Positions 12,864 through 24,800 of a stretch of 64,000 nucleotides of DNA are shown here, piece after piece (positions within the stretch are counted from its first letter, which is position 1; each line of letters opens with the position of its first letter). The stretch comes from Rebecca billardiae RCC1528 (taxonomy: Eukaryota; Protista; Haptophyta), in NCBI GenBank assembly GCA_965240325.2, contig OZ251227.1:1116001-1180000 (forward strand), written 5' to 3'. The notes beneath the pieces were generated by a model, which was not told the origin of the DNA, made no database searches, and saw nothing but the letters and a program-made list of their open reading frames with translations. A program made the translations under genes and the position numbers.

Positions 12864-13439
12864 TCAGCCGCTGGTGGCAGCTGGTCGAGCCTGCCCCGTG
12901 CTCCCCGAGCGGTCGCGTACGCGCCTGCCGCTCGAGCCAGCTGGCTGGCTGGCGGCGGCTGGCGCTGCGGCGTCGTCCAGGGTGCGCTTCGTCCGCTGCT
13001 GCGGCAGCTCCTCGTCGTCCAAGTCGTCGCCCGGGGGCGAGTCTCGGTCCTCGTGGAGCGGGGCAGCAGGGACTGGCGTGGGTGCAGCGGCCGGTGCCAG
13101 GCGCGCCGCCTTGCGCGCCTGGCGTTCCTTGACGGCGCGGCGCGTCGAGGAGCGACGGCTCGATGGAGAACGAATCCGTCGGCCCTCGGCGTCGCGCCGT
13201 TGCTCGCGCTTCCCACGCCGGGGCTTCTTCTTCCGCTTCTGAGAGTGCTGCTGCTCGTCGTTCGCCTGCAGCGCCTCAGCGTCCGAGCCCTGCGCGGCGG
13301 GCGGGCGCACCGGCGAGGCCGGCGTGCGCGCTGCGTGCTGGGCGGTCCGCGGGGGAGCAGTAGGAGGCGCGCCACGACCTCCCTTGCGCCGCCGGCGGGG
13401 GCCGGCGGGTTTTCCCTGTGGAGAAGCACCTGGGGCCAT
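12864..13439 (-). other. Basic, low-complexity ORF (191 aa), possibly a TE-derived fragment
   Basis: ORF with NLS-like KRKKKPRRGKR and acidic DDLDDEE, located among TE remnants; no recognisable domain. Confidence 0.2.
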
Positions 13440-13894
13440 CCTCCTGCGTGGCCGGCCTGGCGATGGAGTGCGTCAGCCGCGTGCTGCATCCGGAAGCGTG
13501 ATGGTCCACCAGCGCGAGGGGCCATCCGCGGCGGTGCGCTTCGATCCGTCACACAGTGCGCGGTCGGAGAAGCGCAGCTCGCCGGGGAAAGTCCCCTCGG
13601 GCTCGGTGTTCGTGGCGACGCTGGGCATCCTCGGTCTGCGTGGCCATGCTGGGAGGCACTGTGGCCGGTACGGCCGCCATTATTAGTCATATGGCAGTTC
13701 GTATTTTCGTAGTCGTTCATGCAGTTCTTCACTTCATATCGCGTCATTACAGCTCGTCTCCAATCACCCGCGACGCGGCAACTGCCCCGCCGGCATACCG
13801 CGCAGGTTCATAGTTACGGCGAGCCCGTTCGGTGGTTTGATTGGACGCAGGCCACTTAAACGACCCCACGATTTTTACCGCTCTTGATTGCAGG

Positions 13895-15345
13895 TATCAC
13901 CGATTTCGGGCAACCGTGCTCATAAAGTCTGATTGTGTGACTTCAGATTGGAAAGTCAAGTCGAACCGACTTCGACTTCCAAAGCTTCTGTCGAATCCCA
14001 AAGCGAAGTGAGCTTGCGGTTTGCGTTCCACTTTGGAAGTCGAAGCGGAACACGTGTCAAAGCGGTGACCCCTCTTCTGAGAAGCTGGCTTCACACGTTG
14101 GGAGCACTTTGCCCAATCGGGTTCGCTTGTGCGGCGGCGGCGGCGGTGGCGGCGGCGAGGGCTTCTCCGGCGGCGGGGCGCGCACGGGGCACGGCGCGGC
14201 GGGAGCGGATGTGCTCGCACAGCCGGCGCGTGTGGACGGGCTGTTGTGGAAGTGCACGTGGCGCCCTCCTGCGCCGCGCGTCTTGCGCCACGCCTCTCTC
14301 GCCGCGGCTCAGGGCAGCGCGCATGCGCGCGCCGCCTCAAGGCCAGCCTAGTGCCGCGCCGCAGCCGACCGCGCGCGCGCCGTGCGCGGCGTGGCCGGGA
14401 AGGAACGGGCGCGGCTGCCGGGCGAGATGGCGACGCCATACGCGCACGCCATGCCGCCCCGCGACGCCGCGAAAGGGCACAATAACGGATCCACACAGCT
14501 GTTGACGAGTTGGCTGACCACTAGTCGTAACAAGCCAGACCTGAGCTCGAAGAAGATGATGATGAACGATCATCAGCGCGAGAAAAGCGTCGCATGGCGC
14601 ACCTTCTACATGGCCGTATGGTGATAGACACGCATGCACGCACAGCACTTGTGCCCGTCTGGCACCGTTCTGCGTCTCAATGATCGTCCCGATAAGGGTC
14701 ACGACCGCGAGGCCGTGCACGCCATTTGTGACCAGCCGAAGAGGCATGCAAACGGACCGACGACACGGTCGTCAAGGCGTGGCGGGGCGGCATGGGGAGC
14801 ACACGTGGGGTCGCCATCTCGCCCGGCAGCCGCGCCCGTTCCTTCCCGGCCACGCCGCGCACGGCGCGCGCGCGGTCGGCTGCGGCGCGGCAAGGCTGGC
14901 CTTGAGGCGGCGCGCGCATGCGCGCTGCCCTGAGCCGCGGCGAGAGAGGCATGGCGCAAGACGCGCTGCGCAGGAGGGCGCCATGTGCACTTCCACAACA
15001 GCCCGTCCGCACGCGCCGGCTGTGCGAGCACATCCGCTCCCGCCGCGCCGTGCCCCGTGCGCGCCCCGCCGCCGGAGAAGCCCTCGCCGCCGCCGCCGCC
15101 CGCTGACCAACTCGACCCTGTACTTTGGCTTCGCTTCGGAACGACTTTGCCACTCCGAGCCGTCAAGTTTGCGAAGCGGTACCGAAGCGAGACCCGTTCG
15201 CAAAGGACGTTCGACTTCATAGGACCGAAGGTGTTCTGAACTAGGAGCTGGCTTCCGAACACACTTCCGAAGAGGGGATGAAGTTGAAGTCTCACTTCAG
15301 CTTGAGAATCACTTTGATGAGCACGGTTGCCCGAAATCGGTTATA
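13895..15345. mobile_element. Non-autonomous foldback/MITE-like DNA transposon (~1.45 kb)
   Basis: 25-bp perfect TIR ACCGATTTCGGGCAACCGTGCTCAT at 13899-13923 and 15317-15341, with TA just outside on both sides (13895-96, 15344-45); internal ~300-330-bp inverted repeat at ~14140-14469/14775-15100. Confidence 0.75.
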
Positions 15346-15352
15346 AAGTCAT

Positions 15353-15841
15353 GGGAATCCTCCGGAAGTCCGACGAGGACCGACCGAGCAACCAGAACTC
15401 CGACAAACCTCCGCATCTCAGCACGGCGATTTCCGGACTGGCACCCCCGCCAGTTTTCCGACGGCCAGAAGCTTCGGGAGCGAGCAAATGGCGCCGCTCG
15501 CCCGCAACGCGGAAGATACCGCTCGCGGCGAACCGGCGCGAACGCCCGCCTTGTATTCGGGCGGAGTACCCTAATGAGCGGGGGTGGGCACTTTCGTATT
15601 GCGCGCAGCCTGACGCCCACCCGCGACGAAACGACGCCGTCGACTCCTCCCGCCCGGACCGCCGCCGGAACGTTGCTCGTCAATTAGTTAGAGAAATGCG
15701 ACGCCGGGGGGCGCGCCGCAAAACTTGCTCCCGAGCTCGCCACGAGGGAGGGCTGGGCGTGAGCACGACGTTAAGGGGGTACGCCTTCCACGCGCGCGGG
15801 CGTCGTGCGCGCGCCGCGCGGTCGCGCGCGGCGCATCGCGC
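15353..15841 (+). repeat. Left TIR of the MULE
   Basis: Reverse complement of 32630-33118 apart from a few substitutions and one short diverged patch (~15751-15763). Confidence 0.95.
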
Positions 15842-18800
15842 ACACGCACCGACCGTTCTTGTTCCCTGCGGCCTCCCCTCGCAGGAGTTCCCCCTTCTCG
15901 CATCCGAGTCGGTCTGAGGCGTCGACGGTCGCCGGCCGCGACGAGCAGGCAAGTCGCACTCGTGATTCGTGAATGGTGCGAGGTCGCGGTGGGCCGGGGC
16001 GGGTGTGTGTGGTCGGCAGCGATGTTGGTGGCGTGCGCCGCCGCGCGCGCGCACACCGCACCACTCCCATGCGCCCCCGTCCCCTGTCTGACGATGTGCC
16101 CCGTGTGTGTGCTCGCGCGCGCCTGCGTTTGCCTCTCCGCCGCACGTGCTGGCACGTACCGCGCAGGCGGGCATGCGGCATGTGTCCGCCGGCCCCAGCA
16201 GTCAGGACGACCTGCTGCTCGTGGACGCGGTGATCGCAGCGGCTGACGACGCGTTGTGCACGCTGCAGTTCTCCTCGGCAGCAGCCCCGTGGACGTTCAC
16301 CTTTGGTCTGGTGCTGTGCACCCTCGGCGTGGTCCACAGCACCGACGTGGGCCTTGGCGCCGCCGCCGCGCAGGTCACAGTGCCGCGCGTATGGGGTGGC
16401 AGCGGCGCCGACGCGCTGCTCACTGTGGTGGAGTGTGCGGAGTTGTTGGCTTCGCACCCGGACGCGCTGCGTGAGCGCGCGGACTCGGTGGCGCGCGTGT
16501 GCGCGGCGGCCCTTTGGTTCAGGGCCGTCGCGCAGATCGCCGTGCGCGCTGCCTGTGGTGCTTCCGCCGACGGGGCTCTGGCGGAGGAGGGCAGTTTCGC
16601 GGAGACGGCGCGACTGACGGCGTCCGCAGCGGCGCTCGGAGGGAAACCGGCGCCGCCGCCCGCAGGCACGTCCCACGCGCGCCGCTCGGGTGGCGCGGAG
16701 TCGCTGTCGCCGTCGTCCTCGGCGCCGACCCCAGGGCAGCACGCACGCGCCGCTGAGCACGCGCAGGGCGCATGCGCGTGGGCAGTGCGTGCGGCCTGGG
16801 CCGCCGCTCCGTTCCGGACGAAGCTGGCTCTGGCGGCGTTGTGCGCCCCCCGTCCGGATGCCCGCCCAGGTGCTGGGACTGGCGGAGGCGTCGACGACGT
16901 GCTCCCGGCGACGACGGCGGCGGCGGCGGCGCCGTCGGGCGCTTGGACGGGCGCGCCCCCCCCGTGCCCGCCGCTGTCATGCCCGTCCGAGGCGGTGATG
17001 TACTACGCGCGCGCCGTCTTCGGCGCGGACGCTGGCCAGTCCGAGCCTCTGTTCGTCGCCTTCGAGCGCGTGGCGTCGTGGCCAGCAGGCCGCAGCAGCC
17101 TCTGCGCGGACGCGCTGCGTGCGCGAGCGGCGGAGCTGCGCACGCAGGCGTACGCTGCCGTACGCGCGCTCTGCGCGCCCGTGCCGGCGCAGCCGCGCGC
17201 GTTCGTTCCCGCGTCGGCTGAGCAGGCACGCTGGCGCGACCAGCAGCTGCGTGCGGAACTCGAGAGCGCCCGCTTGGCGTGGCTCGGCGCCGTCTCGCAG
17301 GCCGTCGTGGGGGCCGGCGAAGGGGTGGCGGCAGATGGAGCGCCGCGCGCTGCCACGTCCGGCGCCGCCGCTGGACGTGACGCCGCCGTGCGCGCAGCCG
17401 CCGTCAGGCTGCGTGCTGCCGTGGTCGCCGACGGCCACGCCGGTCTTGCGGCCTTTGTGGCCGCGTGCGAGGACGGCTCGCTGCGCGAAGGGTGGCTGGC
17501 GCGGCCGTTGCTGCGGGCCGCCTCCACCATCGCCGAGCGCACCGTGTGGGCAGTGGTCATCCCGCTCGCGCCCGCGCTGGTGCACGTCGGCGAGGGCGCG
17601 CGTCTGCACCCCTTGCTCGACGCCACCTTCGCGCAGGCCCTCGTGGCCGGCGCGGCCGTCTCGCAGCCGCCAGTGACGCTGGTGCTGACGCTGTGCGGTG
17701 CGCACGCTGTCGTGGGCGCCGCTGCGCCGTGGCGCGACGAGGTGACGAGCGCGGCGTCGGGCGCGATGCGCCCTGCCTCCGCCGTGGTGGTGCCGCGCGC
17801 GCTGCCGCCTGCAGGCGAGCCGCCGCTGGGCGACGCGCTGGCGCCGACGCCTGCGGCGGCGCCCGCGCCCAGCCTCGACGACATGCTCGCGCATAACACC
17901 GCGGTTGGGCGCGCGCTGCAGGCCGCGTTTGGTGCCGCCGCTGCGGCACCGCAGCGTTTGGACATGGACATGGGCGTGCTGGTTGGCCCGTTGCGCGAGT
18001 ACGTGCTGCAGCACGCAGGCCTCGGCGGGGACGGCGATGCGTCCATGCCCTTGCTGGATGAGGGTGGCGGCCTCCTGCGCACGGTGCACGCGTACCAGTC
18101 CGCGGACGCGGGCGGCGAGGCGGCCGCGCAGCGGCGCTGGGGGGTGGGCGACCACGGCTCCTCTGCGCGCTCGGTGCTGGGGTGCCGCGCCTTTGAGCGC
18201 GTGGTGGCGGCGCTGAAGGGCGTCGTGAGCTCGTTGTTCCGCGGCGACGCCTCTGACGGTGTCCGCGGCCTCGACGCGCTCGACCTCACGGCCTGGCATG
18301 TCTTCGGGCGGCCGATGCGTCCGCCCGACGGGGGCCGCGGCACGTGCGACGACGGCGACGTCACGACGTACGGGTGGCACGTCGACGGCACGACCGACGA
18401 GGACCATCTGTGGACGGCAGTGGTCCTCTTGCACTTGCCGCAAAGTGTGCCCACCAATCCCTTCCCGCTGCAGACGGTCGGCGCGCGCCCCCCCGGTGCG
18501 CGCGCCGACGCCGTGCCGCTGCACGGCGACGTTGCCCTGCAGGAAAGCGCAGGTGCAGTGCACATCTTCCCCGCCATGTGGCATCACCGCTCGGCCCCCA
18601 GTGCGCGCGCCGCGTCCTCGGGGTCCGTGCCGTCGTCCTCGCGCAAGAGGCCTACGCGTCAGGGTGCGGCGGACGCGCTCGTCCTGAAGGCTGTGTTCTC
18701 ATTCGGGGGGCGGGGCCTCGCGGACACATTCCGCGCTTCGTTCACGCCGCCGCCGAGCGCGCCTCGCCCCGCCGCCACGCCGTGCGCGGCGCGCTCCGAC

Positions 18801-21800
18801 CCGCCTCCCACGCCGTATCGGCTCGTGCCCGCCCTCGAGCGCGGGCTCCAGCACTCGTTTGAGACCAGGCTGCGCTGGGGGGCTGAGCCCACGCGCGCTG
18901 GCGCTGACGCCCGCTTCCGGCTCGGCTCGCCTGCGCACCACGAGTACGTCTCCCGCCTGGTGGTCGACCTGCCGACCGCGGCGCACGGCCAGCAGGCGCC
19001 GTCGGACCACGAGCAGCGGGCCTGGGCGCAGTCGGCGCTGCAGCTGGCGCTGCCCGTGTGCGCTGCCGACGGCGCGCAGCTCGCACATGAGCGCGCAGCG
19101 GCGCCTGCCGTGCCCCACGTCGTGGGGCTTGCGGGCGGCCACCCCGCGCCTCACGCCGACGGCGGTGGGCGCGCGCCCACCGCCGCGGCCGCGCACGGCA
19201 CGGGCGCGCACGTGGGCGCCCCCTTTGACGAGGGCGCGCGGCCCCCACGCGCCGATGGCGTTGACGACCCGGCTGTCGGGCCGCGCGCGCCCACGGCCGT
19301 GCGTCGCCCCGACGCAGCGTCCGCCCCGCTGCGGCACACCGGCGCCCGCCAAAGCTCGAGCTCGGACGCGCCGGGCGCGCACGAGCCCGCGTCGCCGCGG
19401 CCTGGCGATGGGCACTCTTCGCCCGCTCGCGTGGCAACGCCAGCGCCGGGCGCACCCTGCGCTGCGGGCGACGCCGTGCCCTGCGTCGCGGTGACGGTGC
19501 CCGGCGCTGCTGTGTGCGCCGCGACGGCGCGCCCGCCACTCCACCCGGCGGGGCCGCCCCTCGACAGCAGCAGCGCGCGCGCGGTGATCGCGCAGCCGCC
19601 CGGCTGCGCCTCGCGCGCGCCGCCGCAGCCGCGCGGCGCCTCCGGTGGCGACGGCGGCAATGACGACGACGACGCGCGGCTGAGGGCCCTCCCTGCGCTG
19701 CCGCACGCAGGTGGCCTCTTGTCCGGCGGGGACCTCGCCCTGGCCCTGCACGCCGGCCAGCGTGCCCACCTCGGTGGCCACCTTGCCGACGCGTTGGCGA
19801 CGGAGAAGTCGGCGCCCGCATGGGCGCGCGGTGGAGTGCCCCTCGTCGACGCGTCCGTGGGCCATAGGACGCACACGACGGCGGCCGCCCGCGGCAACGC
19901 GCCGCTGTTCGCCCTGAGCGCGGACTGGCCGACGATGCGCGTCGGCGAGTCCGACGCCCGCGGCGAGCCGCTCGTCACGGACGCCGATCCCGCCAGTGCC
20001 GCCATCGACGTGCGCGACTGGGAGGAGGGCATCGCGGACGACGACTGCGCGGACGCCCGCGCGCGCGCGGCGCAGGCGGCACTGCAGGCGGACGAGTCCG
20101 CCGACAGCGACGCCGCTCGCGCGCGCGACCCGCTGGCTGCCCTCATGCCGTGTCCACCCATCGTCGCTCGCGCGCAGCCGCCCTCCACCGGTCCCGCCGA
20201 GCCCCGCGCCGGCCAGGCCGGCGCCCGGCTTGTTGCGCCGGAGTCGCTGCACCACGGCGGTGACGCCGGGTACTTCCGCTACTCCGCGCCGTCGAGCACC
20301 TCGGCGAGCACGTCGGCGGCAGCGCACCGCCTCGAGCTCCGGCCCCTGGCACTGTGGAGGAAAATGGGCTTGCGGGCGCCGCGCCCGTACTCCCAGGTGA
20401 AGGCGGACGCCACCCTGCTCGAGCCCCCGATGGTGCGCCAGGTGTACCCGCGCCTCGCCGACGCGCTCACGCACGCCTCGGAGTGCGCGCTGCACCGGGG
20501 GGCCATGCCGCCGACGCGGCGCGTCGACCGCGCCAAGCTGACGATCGGATGCCCCACGCCCGGGTGCCCGTCCGTGGTGGTGGTGGGCCCGTCGAAGTAC
20601 GTGGACACGTTTGGCGCGCCGCCGTGGGCCGTGCAACGCTCGGTCGCGCACGGCTCCATGTGCCGCAACCTGCGCATGGGCAAGGGGTCCGAGGAACACC
20701 CCATCGGCTCGCTGCCGCGCCCGACCAACCAGCCGGGCGTGCGCACGACGCCGTACTCCCAACACGAGCTCGGGCGGGCGATCGTCGAGGACTGGAAGGC
20801 GCGCTTGGCCCGGCGCGGGACCACGCACGCGCAGCTGTGCTACGGCCCGCAGCAAGCACGAGAGGTCGCGCGCCAGCTGGACGCAGAGCTCCCCATGGGT
20901 GAATCGCTCATCGCGCGAGCGCACAAAGAAGCGCGCGCCGAGATCTACGGGGACGACACGGCCATGTCGCGCGACCTCGTGGCCGTGTGCGCGTCGCTGT
21001 CGCAGGAGGGCAACGAGGTCGCGCCCATCATCTTCCACGAGAACTCGGTCGAGGACGCGCTGCTGGCCATGTTCGGCCGCGTGCACGACGAGGTGCAGCA
21101 GGGGCTGCCGGCGGGCGCGCAGCGCGCGGCCTTCAACCCCGACGCGGCGGAGGTGCAGAAGGCGCTGGCTGACGTGCGCGGCAAGAAGGCAGTGGGTGGC
21201 TTCCACTACGTGCCCAAGCAGGCCAAGGCGCTTTACCGCGAGCACTTTCACGCGAAGGGCAACACGGCCGCGTTCAGCGACGCGTGCTTCCTGCACCGCC
21301 CCGCCAGCGGTGGCGCGAAGCGCGCGGGTGCGCGCGCCCGCCGCACCCGGGCACGCCCTCGCGACGCCGCGTGCGTCCGTGCCGCCTCAGCGCCCGCCCG
21401 TCTGACCTGCCCGCGCGCACGCACGCGCGCGACGCAGGCATGCTCTTCGTCACGCTGGCCGTGAACGCCAACCGGCAGCTGTTCGTCTTGTGCGTGTCGT
21501 ACATCGTCGACGTGGAGTGCCTGGACTCGTGGTGCGCGCACGTCGGATACCTCATGCAGCACCTCGGCGGGGCGGCTGTGTGGGACGACCCCAACGGCGT
21601 CACCATCTCGGACGGCCAGAAGGGCCTGCGCGGCGCGTGGAAGCTGCTGTGCCCGCGCAGGCACCTCTTCCTGTGCACGTTCCACAAGCGCCAGACCTTC
21701 ATCACGGGCTACGCACACTCGGCGAACGAGGTGCCCACCATCCTGCGCGTGTTCGACGCGTGCGTGGACGCGTTGACCGAGGAGGTGTGGGAGGCCGCCT

Positions 21801-24800
21801 GGGTGGAGATGCCAGAGTCGGCCAAGCGCATCCTCGACGTCATCCCCCGCGAGGAGCTCTTCCCGTGCTTCGCGCCGGTGTCCCTGCGCGGCTACGTGAC
21901 GTCCGCGCCGGCGGAGTCCTTCATGCACTGGCTGCTGCCGGTGCGCAAGGCGCAGGGCCCGGTGTGGATGCTGCTCGACCTGCACGACAACCTCTTTCGC
22001 CTCTACGCGACGCACCGCAGCGTCGCCGTGCGCCACGCCCTGAAGCCCGACGCCGATGATGAGGTGCACGGGTTGCCGCCACGGCACCTGGAATACGTGC
22101 GCCAGCAGGTGAGCACGGCGCGCACGCTCTCTCAGGTGGAAGTGCACCGTGTCCTCGACGGGCCGCACGCAGGTGCCCTGCGCATGCTCAACACCACGGA
22201 CGGCTCGGCGCCGCGCCACGTGTACCTCGACGAGTTCCGGTGCTGCGCGTTGCTGCGCCGCAAGCGCCTGCCGTGCATGCACTTCTGCCGCGTGGCGACC
22301 TCCGTCGGCCGTGCCATGGGCACGTGCTTGCCCCAGGACCTGCGCTGCGAGACGTGGTTCGCGCAGGTGGGCCTTCGGGTCGAGCGCGACGCACACGACA
22401 CCCGGGTGGACACGCTCGGGCGCGTCGTGGCCATCACCAAGCTCGACGTCATCACACCGCCCCAGCGCCTGGAGGACGCCATTGCGGCTCTGCTGCTGCC
22501 CGCTCTCGCCAAGCGCGCCCTGCTCGAAAAGTACGTGGCCATGCCAGCGGTGCCCGCGCGCGTGGGCAGGCCCGCGTCCTCGGCGCGACGGCTGGCGTTC
22601 TGGGAGGGCCGCGCCGGGGCGCGCCACCCGCGCGCACCGCGCGCGCGCGCGCCGCGCGTGCAGTTGGGCAAATCCGCGGCGTCGTACGTGCGCCCCTTGA
22701 GGGAGCAAGCCCCGGACGGCGACTTCGCCCGGCGCGTGCGCGAAGCGCACCGCGACGAGCTCGCGCGTGTGCTCGAGGGGCTGCCGGAGCACCTGTACGG
22801 CATCGCGCACACGCACGTGCTCGACGACACTAACGTGCTCGTGCGCGTGGCCGGCCCGCTCCGCGAGGGTGTGGTTGCGAACCAGCGACGTCGCCACTTT
22901 GCCACGTACACGGCCGGCACGACCGCCGCCGCGCAACTGCGCTGCTGCGCGTGTTTCGACCCCGAGGCCGCGGACCTCAGCGCGGCGTGGCCGGCGGACT
23001 CGCCGCCGATCGACCCCCGACTGGCGTGCCAGGGCTGCGCCTGCTTCATCCACTCGCCCGCGCAGTGCAAGTATGTGTGGCACCTCGGCGCGCTGGACAG
23101 CGGGCTGTACATGTGCACGTGCTGCTACTTCCTGCTCGTCGCGGGGGCGTGGAAGCGCCTGCGCGAAGCGCGCGCAGCCGCGGCGGGCGAGGCGGCGGCG
23201 CCCGACGGGCCGCGCGGCGCGAGGCCGGAGGACGTGCCATACCACCGTATGCGCGGACAGCACGGCGGTGGGGCCGCGCGCGGCGACCCCGCGCGCACCG
23301 CAGGCGCGCGCGGGGGCCGCGCAGGCGGCCGCGGGGGCCGCGGCGCGGCGGCGCCCGCGCCCGGGCGCGCGCAGCCGGCGGCCGCCCAGACGCGCGACGG
23401 CGCCGCCGCGGCGGGCGCGGGCGCGCGCGGCGGCCCGCGCCGGCACTGCGCGCGCGCGATCGCCTCGCAGGCACTTGGCGGCACCGGCGTACGCATGGGC
23501 TTCGCGACGGCACCGATGCCAAACGCCGCCACGCAGCGGCCGGCCGCACCGCCTGAGGGCACGACGGGCCCGCGCAGTGGCGCGGACGCCGGCACGACGC
23601 CCGCCGCGCGCGCGCGCGCGCACGCCGCGGAGCCGCTGCCGGCCACGGGCGACACAGTACCGCTGGCGGCGACTGAGCATCCCTTCCGCCCCCCGTGGCC
23701 CGGCGCCCACGCGCCACCGCCACCGGGTGCGCGAGTCCCTCGGGCGCGCGCGGGCGCGGCAGAGCCACCGGCGGAGGCGGCGGAGTCCGAGTCGGCGTAC
23801 GCGCGCCTCGCTGACGACAGCGCCGCAGTGCTCGCGGCGTTGCGGCGCATACCTGGCATCGGTCGGGGCAGGGCAGCCATGTTCATGTGCAGTCGCGGCC
23901 TGTCAGCACCGTGGCCCACGCTCAGCGAGACGGCCGGTGACGCATTCGGCGCGTCCAGCGCGACGACGGGCAAGGTGCTGGCACAGTTTGCGCGCGCCGC
24001 CGCCGCCCCCGCCGAGCTGGCGCGCGCGCACGCGTCGCCCGCCGTGCCCGCCGAGGGCAGTGGCGGCGCGAGGGGCTCGGGCGGCGCCGCTCCGAACGCG
24101 GCCTCCCACGTGTGGGCGCACGCAGGCGCACACGACGTCGCGGCGGCGGCGGCGGGCCTGGCGGACGTCCTGGCTGGCGGCGGCGGCGCGGGCGCAGGCG
24201 CCGCAGGCCAGGCGGGCGCCGCGGCTGGCACCTCCCGCGCGGGCGCGGGGGCCGCGTCTGCGCCGTGCGCGCCCAAGCGCCCTCGGACTGCGGCCGCCGC
24301 CGACGACGCGGGCGGTGCGGCCGCGGATGGGCGCCTGCCGCCGGCTTCGCGCCAGGCGGCGGGCGCCCGCGCGTCCACGGCGGGGCCATCGTCGGCGGCG
24401 CGGTCGGTGCCGACGCCGGGCCCAACGCGCGCAGGCGCCGACCTGCTGGGGACGGCGCGTGGCACGTCTGGTGCCGCGGACGACACAGCCGTCGCCACCG
24501 CGGACGACGCGGTCGCCCACTTGGCGCGCACTGGTCTGCCGGTGCGCGACGCTGGAGCGCGCGCCGCGGGCGATGACCGCCACGCGCCGGTGCGCCTGTT
24601 CCACGCCGCCGACGCCGCCGCCGGCGCAGACGACCACGACGCCGAATTCGCCCGATTACGGCTCTGCTGCGCCCAGGCAGTGCTCGACGACCTCTGGGGC
24701 GCGGGCGCCGCACAGCCGTTGCCCGTGCCAGCCGACGGTGACGACGTGCTGCACGCGGTGCTCGCGCACGCGCACGCGCGGGCGCGTCCGCCCAGCACGC

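Noticed and set aside
12864-13747. Retrotransposon gag/ORF1 assignment
   Set aside because: No zinc knuckle, RT, LTR or poly-A evidence; kept only as a low-confidence ORF.
18000-18710. Calling the dioxygenase a TET/JBP or AlkB enzyme
   Set aside because: Only the generic HxD...H...K/R pattern is visible; family-specific features cannot be confirmed by eye.
21328-21437. Apparent frameshift/pseudogenisation between the 1785-aa and 1931-aa ORFs
   Set aside because: Explained by a canonical 110-nt GT-AG intron that restores the MULE motif.
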